This document shows positions 36,806 through 49,661 of a stretch of 64,000 nucleotides of DNA, piece after piece. The DNA is from Pristiophorus japonicus (Eukaryota). Both the position numbers and the translations under genes were made by a program. The stretch covers positions 58,280,001-58,344,000 of the forward strand of contig NC_091999.1 in NCBI RefSeq assembly GCF_044704955.1, in the 5' to 3' direction. A model generated the notes under the pieces. It was not told the origin of the DNA, searched no databases, and saw only the letters and a list, made by a program, of their open reading frames with translations. The stretch's first letter is position 1. The number at the start of each line of letters is the position of its first letter.

Positions 36806-37184
36806 AGGATCACACAAGGGGCAAAATTGCAATCAGTAATTCCGATCTGAATGAATGGCTTCAGTTTGTGCCGCTATAAAATTTTGGTTCATATCCCAGA
36901 TTCTATATGTGGACACTTGCATTTGGTCAAAGTAAACAATTTATTAATTAGTTGCTTCATCAAGGAGAAATGCGATCAGGTTCTCAACATAGATACTAAT
37001 TCTCATTGTCTGTTTCTTACCTGCTGTTTGCTGCGAAATGTTGTTTGAATCTGTGAATGTTGTAATTCTAAAATTGGCAGTCAATAAACTCTGAATGTAT
37101 ATGTTAAAGAGCCGAACCATTTAATTTTTTAAAAACACCACAATCTACTAATTCAAGGTTATAGCAATGCGTTCCTCGTCTGTC

Positions 37185-38240
37185 AACACCAACAAGAACT
37201 TATGTCAATGTAGCGCCATTAACCAAGAAAAACGTCCCAAAGTGCTACACAGGAGAGTTATTAAACAGAATCTGACACCGAGCCTCATAAGAAGAAATTA
37301 GGATGGATGAGAAAAAGCTTGGTCAAAGATGTAGGTGTTAAGCAGCGTCTTAAAGACTGAGAGCGAGGTCGAGAGGTGGAGAAGTTTAAGGAGGAATTAT
37401 TTTGCTGAGGAACTACGCAGCTATATGTGCGGCCACCAATGTTGAGTGATTAACAAAGAGAATGCGCAAAAGGGCGGGATTTAGAGATGTGCACAGATGT
37501 CGGTGGGTTGTTGTATTGGAGAATGTTACAGAGCTTAGCGAGAAAGGGATGAATTAAAAAAACAATGAGAGTTTTAAATGGAGATTTTTCTGGAACGAGA
37601 GCCAATGAAGGTCAGTGATGGAGGAACGGGTCGGTGTGAGTTAGGGCACGGGCAGCCGAGCTTTTGATATGGTAAAGTTTATAGAGGGTGTAAGATGGGA
37701 GCCCATCCATCTGAGCGTTGAAATAGTGAAGTCTAGAGGTAACAAAGGCATGGATGAGGGTTTCCGCAGCAGATGAGCTGAGGTAGGAGTGGTGTATAGC
37801 GAGGTTACTGAGGTTAAAATAGGCAATCTTGGTGATGGCGCGCAAAGGTGGTTGGAAGCTCATCTCGGAGTCAAATACGATACCAAGATTGCAGATAGAC
37901 TGGTTCAGCTTCAGTCAGACGCTAGCGAAAGGAATGGAGTCGGTGGCTATGGAACAGAGTTTGTGGCGAGAGCAAAGACGATGGCATCAGTACTCCCAAT
38001 ATTTTGTTGGAGAACATTTCTGCTCATCCAATACCGTATGTCACAAAAGCAGCCTGAAAAATTAGAGAAACTGGTGGGGTGGAGAGAGGTTGTGGTGAGG
38101 TCGAGCTGGGTGTCGTTAGCATATATGTGGAACGTGATATTGTGTTTTTGGATGACGGCCCCGACGGGCGCCGTTTAGATGAGAAATATCTGGGGGCCAG
38201 GGATAGATACTTATGGGACACCAGTTAACAGCGTGAGACC
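37185..38240 (-). mobile_element. L2-clade LINE 3' fragment
   Basis: ORF remnant AYFNL...LSSSAAETLIHAFVTSRLHY (L2 RT C-terminus) and YADD-type region near 38120. Confidence 0.85.
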
Positions 38241-38404
38241 GCGAAGAGTAGCCCTGGCTTTTGGCAGTGTGTGGAAAGAGGTTTCTACTCAAACCAATGG
38301 GTAGGCCCTGATGGAGTGGGGGAAGGGTGAAGGGAAGGAGATTTTTTCTTGTTTGCGTGTGGAAAGGAAATAAATAACGAATTAATTTAGCGCGCTTGAT
38401 GAGC

Positions 38405-38812
38405 TCAGGACGTCTCAAAACGCTTTAGAATCAATGAAGTACTTTTGAAGTGAAGCCACTGTTCATTGTAGGGCACGCAGCAGCCAATCGATGCAGTGCA
38501 AGACCCGACAAACAGCAATGAGATTAATGAGCATATAATGTACTTTAATGATGGTGGGTGAGGGATAAATATTAGCCGGAGCACCAGGAAAATTCCCCTG
38601 CCATGGGTTCTTTTGTATTCACATCAGAGAGCAGGGAAAACCTCAGACCAACATCTCATTAGAAAGACGGCACGTTCGACAGTGCAGCACTCCCTCAACA
38701 ATGTACTTGGGTGCCAGACTACATTATGTGCTTAAATCGTTGTAGCGGTACTTCAATCCACAACCTTCTGATGTCAGAGGTGCGGGTGCGACTGCTGAGC
38801 AAACGCTGACGC
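38405..38812 (-). mobile_element. tRNA-headed SINE, probably Deu-domain (SacSINE1-like)
   Basis: Degenerate A/B boxes near 38800-38745; body motif gaaagacggcac.tcgacagtgcagcactccctca. Family assignment from recall. Confidence 0.65.
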
Positions 38813-38814
38813 CT

Positions 38815-39112
38815 TGAGCAGAGAAGATTACGTGGAGATTTGATAGTGGTCTTCAATATTAGACAAGATATAGATAGAATAAATAAAACTGAACTGTTTC
38901 CACTGGAGGAAGGATCGTAACCAGGCAATATCGATTTAAGTTAATCGGTATTAAAAGAGATGGCAAATTAGGAGGCATTTTTGTGCAGCGCGATATTGTG
39001 ACAGGGTATGCACTGTCTGAGAGGGAGGTGGAAGCAAATTTTATTAGTAACCTTCATAATTACCTTGATATATTCTTCAAAAATAAAGATGTAAATGGCT
39101 ATGGGGCAAGAT
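38815..39112 (+). mobile_element. Old CR1 3' fragment
   Basis: Degenerate RLRGDLI..FKI ... GYG C-terminal segment. Confidence 0.7.
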
Positions 39113-40019
39113 TAGTACTAATTGAACTGCCCCGTAGTAGTTCAGTATTCATTAAGATTTCCATCTCCTGACATTATATTATTGCAGTCTCTGGCACCCC
39201 GTCCCAACCTTCAGTAGTTCAAGTGTCTGTACTCACTGATATTCAATTCTCTGCCCCACCCCCTCCCACCACCATGATTTGTCTACATATTTTAGTCAAA
39301 TCGCACACTACTTTTTATCAGGTTTCACTACACAAGGCAACCGCCCCCCCCCCCCACCCCTCCACCCCTTCCGCATTATATTATAACAGTCCCGGGACCA
39401 GTCCTAAACTGCTGTAGATCAGAAGTCAGTACAGAGGGAGATCTCCAGCTCCTGTCCCCCTTTCTCAATTATATTATTACAGACTCTGGTACCCAATGCC
39501 ACATTGCTATAGATCAGATGCCACTGCACGTTGAGATTTCCATACCCTCATGTTTACAAAGAGCCTTTTCCATTTTCTTAACACGAACAGCAAACAAACA
39601 CTCATTCACCATGGCAATCTATCCATCTGTACTCAAGGCTACTCATTAGTCTCTTAAAATATTAAAATGATTTGTGCAAAGTATTATCGATCTCTCTGCA
39701 TCACTGTACCGTTCTCTGTATCTGACTGTCTGTCTGTCTGCATGTCTACTTATATATTGCTCTATATGTCATAATTTATATCAACAACATTCACTATATG
39801 TTTGTATATATGTNNNNNNNNNNNNNNNNNNNNNNNNNNNNNNNNNNNNNNNNNNNNNNNNNNNNNNNNNNNNNNNNNNNNNNNNNNNNNNNNNNNNNNN
39901 NNNNNNNNNNNNNNNNNNNNNNNNNNNNNNNNNNNNNNNNNNNNNNNNNNNNNNNNACTGTCTATCTATCGATATGTCTGTCTGTCCATTTACGATTGGA
40001 ATAAAATGATGAATATTCA

Positions 40020-40602
40020 TAATTGCCCCGATTTAGCCGGGCTGATGATGGTGTCTGCACAGCGTGCGCCGTCGTAAGTCCTCAGAATGGGTCCGCAACT
40101 TCGGAATTTCCATATGCGCTGCGCATGCACGTAAAACCTGGAAGTTCCGATCTGTCAAGATTCATCTTGATTGATCATCTGCGATCACCCCGAAAACACT
40201 CTTCCTTGTGCAGGGCCCAACTGCGCCCCACCGAATGCCCCTGAAACATTTTAAATGCTTAATAAAAGGGACTTTTCATTCATTTGGAACAGGGGATTCG
40301 TTATTTTTATTAGAATTGTGTTTTATTGAGAGATTTCTCACAAGCTTATGGGAATTTATTTTGTAATTGGAAGCCCCATAAGGTAATGGTGAATCCCTCT
40401 ATTTAATTGGTTGGGCTGGCCCAGCCAGGTGATCCCAGGAATGCTTCCGAACCGCCTGCTTCCCTGGGATCCATTGGCCTTTATGCAGATATATGCATTG
40501 AGTCCCAAGACCTGAAGACTCCAAAGCTCCAGAGATACCAATTTATTTTCGTGTCGGTGGCGTACTCCGGGTGTATGCCTCAGACCTCAAATTCAGGACC
40601 CA
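40020..40602. mobile_element. Non-coding interspersed repeat (MITE-like); related pieces at 44660-44860 and 52670-52916
   Basis: Shared motifs gcgcatgca..aaaacc.ggaa.tt.c.atctgtcaagatt and terminal caaattcagg(a)cc. Class not established. Confidence 0.45.
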
Positions 40603-40946
40603 TATATCTATCTATAATATCATAGAAATCTTATATCTTTGCGATCTTTGTGCGAACTTCTCGCATTTTATGTTCCTATCTCTACATTTATAATGGAAAC
40701 TACTTATGCAAACGTGCCACGCTTTGATTACACTCTCCCGATAGCGGTGGCGCTGTAGTGCCTCAGTTTTGCATCTCCAGCCTTCCCCGCCTCGACAGCA
40801 AGCAATGCCCGATTTTCGATACAAATCTCCTTCTCTCCTTCCCAAAATACACTAACTCTTGTTATTTACCTAAAGGTAATAACATGAAACCAAAACATAA
40901 TATAATGAAACGAATGCAGCATGTATAACTTTAAAATGGAGAAGAC

Positions 40947-41213
40947 TTATTTCTGCAATTATTTCTGGTCTAATTCTCCCGCAGCTTTCCAACCCCATTT
41001 ATACTGAGCACTAGACTTGTTTTTTGCGCCCTATATAAAATGCCAGGTGAGTTCCACTTGTAATCATCTAAAGCAACAATAATGCTTGTATCAGGCAGTA
41101 AAATATATTCTAATTTACAATTCTGGTGCATTCATGTCCCACAGATCAAGAGTCCAATTAAAAGGACCTCAAAAACCCCATTTCTGGCATTATTTAGGCG
41201 GACGCACTGGCAG
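40947..41213 (+). repeat. ~265-bp direct duplication (copy 1; copy 2 at 43127-43390) containing a leader-like exon and 98-nt intron
   Basis: Colinear copies ending in gacgcactggcag. Copy 1 has G|GTGAGT at 41047 and CCCACAG| at 41144. Confidence 0.85.
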
Positions 41214-41214
41214 T

Positions 41215-42171
41215 CGGTGAAGATGTATGTGGCGCAAACACCCGGCGTCTCCAGTCCGTCCAAGTCGGGCAGCGATTGGCAAGAAAACCGGTAAAATCCC
41301 GGTAAAGAAAATGCGGCACCAGTTGCCGGGTGACAGCGGGCCTACAGAATTGGAAGACTGGTGGGAAACGATTGCCGGCGAGGATCGGAGGACTGGCAGT
41401 AATCGGCGAGTCGCGAGGACCCAGGAAAGAGTGAGCACGGACAACCAGTGAGGTCTGGACCCAGGAACGGTTTAGAACGGGTCAGCAGCAAGGACAGAAT
41501 CCAGGGATGGTAGAACACAGACCAGCAGCAGGATCCGGAGTCCAAATGCTGCAGCGAGGTCGGGAAGCCAAGGCCAGCAGTAAGCTCGGGACCCAGGGAA
41601 GGTACAGCATGGACCCGCAGCAGGGCCGGGAGGCAGAGCGCAGCAGCGAGGTCGGTAAACCAAGGCCGGCAGTAAGCTCGGGACCCAGGGAAGGTACAGC
41701 ACGAACCAACAGTGAGGTGGGAGGCTGAGACCCACAGCGAGGTCAGGACGCGAGGAAGTACAGAGCAGCACAGAACAACAGGGTGGTCGGGATCCAAGGA
41801 AGGTACAGCACGGTCCAACAAGGAGGTCAGGACGCAAGGAAGATACAGAAAAGACCATCAGGGAGTTTGGCACAGGAGGCTAGCAGCATGGCCGGGACCC
41901 GAGGCGAGCAGCGAGGTCGAGACACGAGGCCAGAATAAACGTGGTCACTAGAAAACAACCAACGACAAAAGTGTGTGCGGTTGGAGAGAGAATAGGAAAG
42001 CGCAGGAGAGCTGCATGCTGGTGCTGGTGCGGGGCTGGCGCGGGGGGTGGGGGAGGCACAGTGTTAATATTCTATGCACAATTCTGCAAACCGCTCCAAG
42101 ATTAAGGTGCTCACCTACACTGTGATCACAGAAAACATTTTAGAGAGGACCTGAGGGAGCAGGTCAGTAGG
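41215..42171. repeat. GC-rich ~950-bp element with internal ~40-bp repeats (copy 1; copy 2 at 48776-49661)
   Basis: Internal unit gcagcgaggtcgggacccagggaaggtacagcacggacca; both copies abut a minus-strand CR1 tail. Confidence 0.85.
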
Positions 42172-43125
42172 AACATAGAAATATAGAAACATAGAAAATA
42201 GGTGCAGGAATAGGCCATTCGGCCCTTCGAGCCTGCACCACCATTCAATAAGATCCTGCCTTCTCTCCATACCTCTTGATCCCTTTAGTCGTAAGGTCCA
42301 TAATCAACTCCCGCTTGAATATATCTAACGAACTGGCCTCAACAACTCTCTGCAGAAAAGAATTCCACAGGTTAACAACTCTCTGAGTGAAGAAGTTCCT
42401 CCTCATCTTGGTCCTAAATGGCTTACACTTTATCATTAGACTGTGACCCCTGGTTCTGGACTCCCCCAACATCGTGAACATTCTGCTTGCATCTAACCTG
42501 TCCAGTTCTGTCAGAATTTTATATGTTTCTATGAGATCCCCTATCATTCTTCTAGACTCCAGCGAATAGACGCCCATTCGATCCAGTCTCTCCTCATATG
42601 TCAGTCCTGCCATCCCGGGCATCAGTCTGGTGAACCTTCGCTGCACTCCCTCAATAGCAAGAACGTCCTTCCTCAGATTAGGAGACCAAAAGTGAACACA
42701 ATATTCCAGGTGAGGCCTCACCAAGGCCCTGTCGAGCTGCCGCAAGACCTCCCTGCTCCCATACTCAAATCCCCTAGCCAGGAACGCCAACATGCCATTT
42801 GCCTTCTTCACCGCTTGCTGCACCTCCATTTCAACCTTCAATGACTGATGTACCATGACACCCAGGTCTCCTTGCACATCCCCTTTAACTAATCTGCCAA
42901 CATTCAGATAATAATCTGCCTTCATGTTTTTGCCACCAAATTGGATAACCGCACATTTATCCACATTATACTGCATCTTTAATGCAGTTGCCCACTCAAC
43001 TAACCTGTCTAATTAACCCTGCAGCCTCTTAGCATCCTCCTCACAGCTCAAACTGCCACCCAGCTTAGTGTCATCTGCAAACTTGGAGATATTACTCTCA
43101 ATTCCTGTATCTATATCATTGATGA
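42172..43125 (-). mobile_element. 5'-truncated CR1
   Basis: 243-aa RT C-terminal ORF (42976-42245) and tail. Confidence 0.92.
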
Positions 43126-43322
43126 ATTATTTCTGCATATCTCTGATCTTAATTCTCCCTCACCTTTCCAACTCCATTTAAACTGATAACTACACTTGTT
43201 TCTTGGTCACTATATAAAATGCTAGGTGATTTCGACTAGTAATCATCGAAAGCAAAATAATGCTTGTATCAGACAGTAAAATATAGCCTAATTTACAATT
43301 CTGGTGTATTCATGTCCCACAA

Positions 43323-43650
43323 ATCCAGAGTCCAATTAAAAGGACTTCAAAAACCCAATTTCCGGTATTATACGGCAGACGCACTGGCAGCATGCTTCAA
43401 GAGTGAATAACAATCTCTGGGTCCTGGTTGATAGTGGCTTCTGATTTTTGTTTTACATCATTCCAATTGCTCCACCTCATCCTACCTCACAGTACTCCTC
43501 AGTTGTTGATGTGGAAAGAAACTACCCTGGGTCGTGGGCAGGCTATGATGTGAGAAACGTTATTACAAGCATGCAGGGGAGAGAATATTAGCAAAGGCTC
43601 TCTCCGATAAACAATTGCATCAGGTTTTATAAATGATTGTGCGGAAGCGT
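43323..43650 (+). pseudogene. Possible highly decayed antigen-receptor V exon relic
   Basis: Follows the leader/intron-like block; one frame reads ..TQFPV..E*ITISGS..SFQLLH..PHSTPQLLMW..ENISKGSL..SGFINDCA. No convincing RSS. Confidence 0.3.
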
Positions 43651-45099
43651 AAGCTTGACAATTTACAATGATAAAAAACATCCATATATGTCTGTGACTA
43701 GCAGCTGTTCAACCGTTGGCTCTGCCCATGTGACTGGTTAATGTATACACCCATGTCTCTTCCAAAGCGATCAGAGTCTCGCACGTATACTTTGGAAGAT
43801 GCTTTCCGTTATCTCAAATGTTTCAGTATCAAGACATTTACATCTCACGTTCGGTGGTTCTAAACCACCATATCTGAAGTCTCAAGTTGAAATTTCTGTC
43901 CTTTGTTCTAAACTGCTAAGCCTGCAGTTTTAACATGTTCAGCTTACAAATGGCCAAACGAAACGTCATGCCTTACGATGACAATAGCTTGTTACTAACA
44001 TAGCTACAGCATCCATTGGACTGTCATTCTGACTTGCACGTGATGGAATAATCACAGGTTCTCAACATATCAGCACATTAAGAAATGCTACTTATTCCTA
44101 TTAGCGCCTTAAGGCAGCTCCAGACCCTCCAGGTTGCCACATCAGCTTTTTCTCAACATGTATATAATACATTACAATCAACGTAAGTTACATTTATTCT
44201 GAAACTCCACCATTTATTTTGAATTTGCTTCAATTATCATACTGATCAAAAAAATTAACATTGAATTTGTAAAATTTACGCCACAATTTAAGCAAGTGGT
44301 ACATTGTATAGTCAGCAAACTCTACAACGTTGGACAGCTGCTGTGAAGCGGATGGACTGATGGTCGTTGCAGGTTCTTTCAAGTCCTCCATTTCAGATCT
44401 TGCATTTTGCCCATATCCTACAGTGTACTGCCCTGCTTTGGTTTCAAAGGGACAAGAGAATATTCCAGAACAAGTCCCATTTGTGAATCCCTCTCCATTC
44501 CCCTGCCCAGTGTCCAGTACGGCAAGTTGGTGATTGGTTCGCAGAAATAATGAGCATCATAACAGTGGGAATATCTCCAACACGGTTTAGACACATATAG
44601 AGTTACATAAATATAATGGCCAGGAATTTCCGTGGCATTTAATGCATACATGGTGCCAATGGGGCCATAAGTGCCACGCAAGTTCCAGCTTTCTGGGAGT
44701 GATGCGCATGCATGAAAACCCAGAAATTGCAATCTGTCAAGATTTTGCTTGACAGATCGGCCGCATCCCTGGGAAATGGACATTTGATGGTGGAGATTTT
44801 GGCTATTTGCCTAGCGAATGCCAATGAAAATCTTGCACCTGTTAAAAGGAGGCAGAGTGTTTTATTTTACCAGTGTAAGATTGCAGTTATTATTAAAATA
44901 TATTTTAATCATTTAAACATAATAAAACCTTTAAAAGTTATTATGTTAACTTAACTTCTTGAAAACGTTTACATTTATTTTTCAAAAAGTTTAATATTTG
45001 TTTAAAATGTTTACTTTAATTGTATTTTAATTCATTTTGATGTATTGCTTGATTTATAATTAAGAGGTGTGTAGTTCTGTTATTAGGGGCTTCCTATTA

Positions 45100-48000
45100 T
45101 CTTCTCTTAGGCAGAGCCCAGAGTTAAGGATGACTTGCTTCCAAACTAAAATGGGTTCTAAGGTGACTGCTGAGAACAATGCTGGATTTAGAGTCTCTCT
45201 CACAGGTGGGGCAGAGGGTTTTTGGAGGGACTGGTGGATGGGGTGCTTGATTTGTCATTCACTCCTTCTGCTCTTTATACTTGGCTTCTACTTGATCACG
45301 GCGGAGAAACTTGAAGTCCTTGGTGCCTTGTAGGATTCTTCTGATCCACTTGGGCCAGGGATTCCCAAGGGTCAGTGGGGATGCTAATTTTTATCAAGGA
45401 GGCTTTGATGGTGTCGTTGAAGCGTTTTCTCTGCCCTCCTCGACCTCGCCTGCTGTGACATAGCTCAGAGTAGAATGCTTGTTTCGGAACTCTAGTATCG
45501 GACATGTGGGCCATGTGGCCCGTCTATCGGAACTGATCGAGCATATTAAATGCCATGATACAAGGGAATTTGGCCGGAGAGAGAACCCTGATGTTGTTGC
45601 GCTTATCCTGCCAATAAGTTCGCATGATCTCACGGAGGAAGCATTGGTGCTACTTCTCCAGTGCTTTGAGGTGCCTACAGTACATAGTTCATGTCTCTGA
45701 AGCATAGAAGAGGGCGGATACCACGACTGCACTTTACTCCATTTGCTTGTTGCTGGGATTGAGATCTTGGTGTTTGCACACTCTTTTCCTCAGACGACCA
45801 AAGGCTCCACTGGCACATTGAATAATGTGATGGACTTAGTCATCGATGTCTGTCCTTGCTGAAAGTAGGCTTCCAAGTTATGGGAAGTGGTCCCGATTGT
45901 CAAAGATCCCGACATGGATCTTGATAATCGAGAAGTAGTACTGTGCAGCGGGGTCGGGTTGCTGGAGAACGTTTGTCGTACTGATGCTTAATGAAAGGCC
46001 CACACTCTCGTATGCTGCAGTGAAAGTGTCAATGAAGGTTTGGTGTATGGGCTCCGAATGTGCACAAAAGCAAGCAACGTCTGAATACTGTAATTCAATG
46101 AAATAGCCTGGACCTACCTTGGATCTGTACTGGAGGCGTCACAGGTTGAACAATTTCCTGCTTCTCCATTAGATTAACTACACACCAGTGGGGAGATTTT
46201 TAAAGATGATGTGAAGCATTGCAGCGAGGAAGATTGAGAAGAGCGTCCTTGTGATGACACAGCCTTGCTTAACCTCCTTCTGCACTTATATTGTGTTTGT
46301 AGTAGATCCGTTGGTGACAAATTTCAGAGGAGATCCAAATTTGAGAATGACTGATATGGAGTATTAAAAAAGATACTCGACACAAGTTTGTCTATGAATA
46401 CATACAAAATCATAAAGTTCCATGTAGAGGCTTTCCATTTGTTGTTTTCCTGCTGCATCACAAAATGTTCGCCTACCTACTACGATTACAAATATTAATT
46501 GGTTAATGCAATTGCTTTGAAAGCAAGCTTCGTTACGTCCTTGTGCACTTTTTATCTGATAAGTGAAGTGTCACATCAATCTTTGCTCTTCTCCTCTTTG
46601 CCTAACTGCTTTGAATCAGGTGAGATATTCTTCAATCATCTTTTGTTTCCCGTAATCTCTTACTACCCCATGTAACCTAGCCTTGGAGTGTATTTTTCCA
46701 AACTGTCTGGTTTATACTGTGATAAGTTGATATATCTTCCTGAGCGTTCTAGTTCTATCATTTTCCCTATGTTCGTAGCACGTATTTTTTTCTCTTACAA
46801 ACTTGCTTTTAATTTTTAGCTTTACTTAATTAGGTCCCCTTATTAACCAATTAGGTTCCCACTACATTTTTTTTTCAACAATGACGCTCCATAATCCCTC
46901 ATGGTTGACCGATTCGGAGACCTTTGTGAGAGCAAAGTAAGCGATGTACAGAGATTGAAGTAGCTCTATACATTTTTCGTGGAATTGTCACACGGTGAAT
47001 ATCATGCCCATTGTGCCCCTTAATTTGTGGAATCCGCATTTCGACTGTGGGAGGAGCTCTTCAGTCATTGGGAGGAGATAATTGAGGATGACTTGTGCGA
47101 TAACATTCCCTGCGGATTTCTGTAATTACTGCAATCGGACTTGTCACCTTTCTTGAAGATGAGCACGATTACCGCATCTTTGAGAGGCCCTGGTATGCTC
47201 TCCTCCTTCCAGTTAAGGGATATGAGGACATGAATTCGCGCCAAGTGTATTACTCCACCATATGTTAGTGCTTCGGCGGGGATTCCTGAGGCCTTGTTGT
47301 TCTTTAGTTGTCAGATAGCCTTTTCACTCTCGTGGTGGGTCAGGATTTTACCGATGTGGTGACGGGTTATATATTGTGGGATGGGTTCAAGGACACTCAC
47401 ATCAATGACAGAGGCTTGGTTGAGGAGATCCACAAAGTGCTCCTTCATGTGGCTAATGACTGCCTCTCTGTCCATGAAGAGCACTCCTCCATTCTCGGTT
47501 CTCTGCAGAATCGGACAGTGTGCTTGGCCCGTAGGTGATCTTGATTGTGCTAAAAAAAATCCACGCACGTCATGATTGTCAGCTAATTGCTGGATCTCCT
47601 GCGCGTTTTCCACCCACCATCTGTTCTTATGTCACGAGTTTTTTGTTGTACATCAGCCTTTAGTTGTCTCTAGAACTGCTTGCTTTCACTCGAGTTGTGG
47701 TGTTGTTTCCAATTCAGAAATGATTTGCGTTTGCGGTTTATTAGCTCCTGGATCTCTTGGTCATTCGCATCGAACCAGTTTTGATATTTTCTGGTATTGT
47801 AGCCAAGTGTTTATTCGCAGATGCTAATTTTAGTGGATTTAGGGCAGAACAGGCACTATGGACACTCTGCGGCTTTGGTTGATTGGAAGTCGTTAGGTAG
47901 GCTGTGAGCAGTTGGCTGATTAGGACTTTCTTTGCAAGGTCTTTGAGACCTTCAATGTTGATTTTTTATGGCAGGATTTATGTTGCCCCTGCTGTTTTGA

Positions 48001-48775
48001 GGCTATATTGATGGAGATAATAGAACGGATTAGGCGGTGGTCAATGCAGCAGTCAGCAGCTCCTGTCATGTCATGAGTGATGCGGACATCCTTGTGGTCC
48101 CTCAATCGGATGCCAGTGCCTGGAACGAGGTTGTTGCGATGTGGCCTTGTAGTAGTCATTCTGACGAATCAAGGTGTTGGATATGACAAGACCATGTTAT
48201 AAGCAATTCCTCAGGAGGAGGATCCCATTGGAGTTGGTTTTCACTACTCCTTCCCTGGCAATCACCCCTCTCATGAGGTCTGTGTCCTTTGCAACTCATC
48301 AAGAATAATCAGCGTGTTGCCTGTTGGGAGTCGGGACAGGGATTGTTCCAGGCTGGAGTAGAATTCCTCTTTGTCCGTGTCCGTAGTTTCCAGGGTTGGT
48401 GCTTATGCCCCATTGAGACGGTGTTATTCTTCTGGTGTGCCGTTTGAGAATGTGTATCAACCACCTAGTTCCTTGAGCTGACCTTGTCCTGCCCACTTTG
48501 TATCACTCAGGGCAGTGTTGTCGATGTCGAAGCATCTCAGTTCCCGGACAATGGCAGCAGTATGACGTTCTGGTCTGTTAATGTTGGGATTGTCCATGAG
48601 GGTCCTAAAGTTTTCAGGTCCTGAACTTCATTTTAAAGGTTAGAAGATACCCCTGCATGAATTATATTACTGAGGTGTGTCCCTTGCACACGAGCTACCA
48701 CCGAACCTGACAGACTAAGTCTTGGTCCAATGGCAAGGGGATGCAAGATGATTGGAGACGAGGCTCTGCTGCATG
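45100..48775 (-). mobile_element. RTE-clade LINE, near full length, degenerate
   Basis: Remnants MSDTRVPKQAFYSEL..GGQRKRFNDTIKASL, AQEIQQLADNHDVRGFF and GAADCCIDHRLIRS. Confidence 0.88.
46352..46880. mobile_element. Solo LTR (529 bp) inserted in the RTE element
   Basis: Starts TG, ends CA, flanked by a perfect 5-bp TSD ATGAC (46347-46351, 46881-46885); RTE sequence resumes across it. Confidence 0.75.
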
Positions 48776-49661
48776 GGTGTCAAGGTGTGTGTGGCGCAAA
48801 CACCGGGTGTCTCCAATCCATCCAAGTCGGGCAGCGATTGGCAAGAAAACAGGTAAAACCCCGGTAAAAATACGTGGAACCAGTTGCTGGGTGACGGCGG
48901 GAATGGAGAATCGGAGGACCGGTGGGAATCGATGGCCGGCGAGGATCGGAGGACCCATGAACGGTTTAGCAGGGGTCAGCAGCGAGTACGGAACACAGGG
49001 AAGGTACAGCACAGACCAGCAGCTAGGTCCGGAGACCGAGTGCAGGAGCGAGGTCGGGAAGCCAAGGCCAGCAGTAAGGTCGGGACCCTGGGAAGAAACA
49101 GCACGGACCAGCTGCAGGGTCGTGAGGCACAGCGCAGAAGCGAGGTCGGGAAGCCAAGACAGGCAATAAAGTTGGCATCCAGGGAAGGTTCATCACAAAC
49201 CAGCAGTGAGGTCGGAGGCTGAGGCCAACAGCAATATCGGTACTCGAGGAAAGTAAGGTACAGCACAACAGGGTGATCGGGACCCAGGGAAGGTACAGCA
49301 CGGTCCAACAGGTAGGTTGTGACCAGGAAAGGTACAGCACGGACCAACAAGGAGATCGGGACCCAGGGAAGATGCAGAAAATACCGACACAGGTGGCTAG
49401 CAGCGAAATCGAGACACGAGGCCAGAATATACGTGGTCACTAGAAAACAACCAACGACAAAAGTGTGAGCTGTTGGAGAGAGAATCGGAAAGCGCAGGAG
49501 AGTCACGTGCTGGAACTGGTGCCGGGGTGGGGGGCTGGGGGCGGGGCACAGTGTTAGTATACTACGCACCATTCCGCAAACTGATCCACGATTAAGGTGC
49601 TCACCTACAATGTGATCTCTGAAAACCAGGTAGAGAGGAACTGATAGAGCAGGTCAGTAGG
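48776..49661. repeat. GC-rich element, copy 2
   Basis: Paralogous to 41215-42171 with the same left boundary. Confidence 0.85.

Noticed and set aside
41190-41951. Multiple overlapping ORFs in the GC-rich element (also 48695-49572)
   Set aside because: Stop-poor GC-rich repeats; frames are not conserved between the two copies.
42057-42124. Facing heptamers CACAGTG...CACTGTG as D-segment RSSs or a Transib/RAG transposon end
   Set aside because: No acceptable nonamers, and the second heptamer is mutated in the paralogous copy near 49.6 kb.
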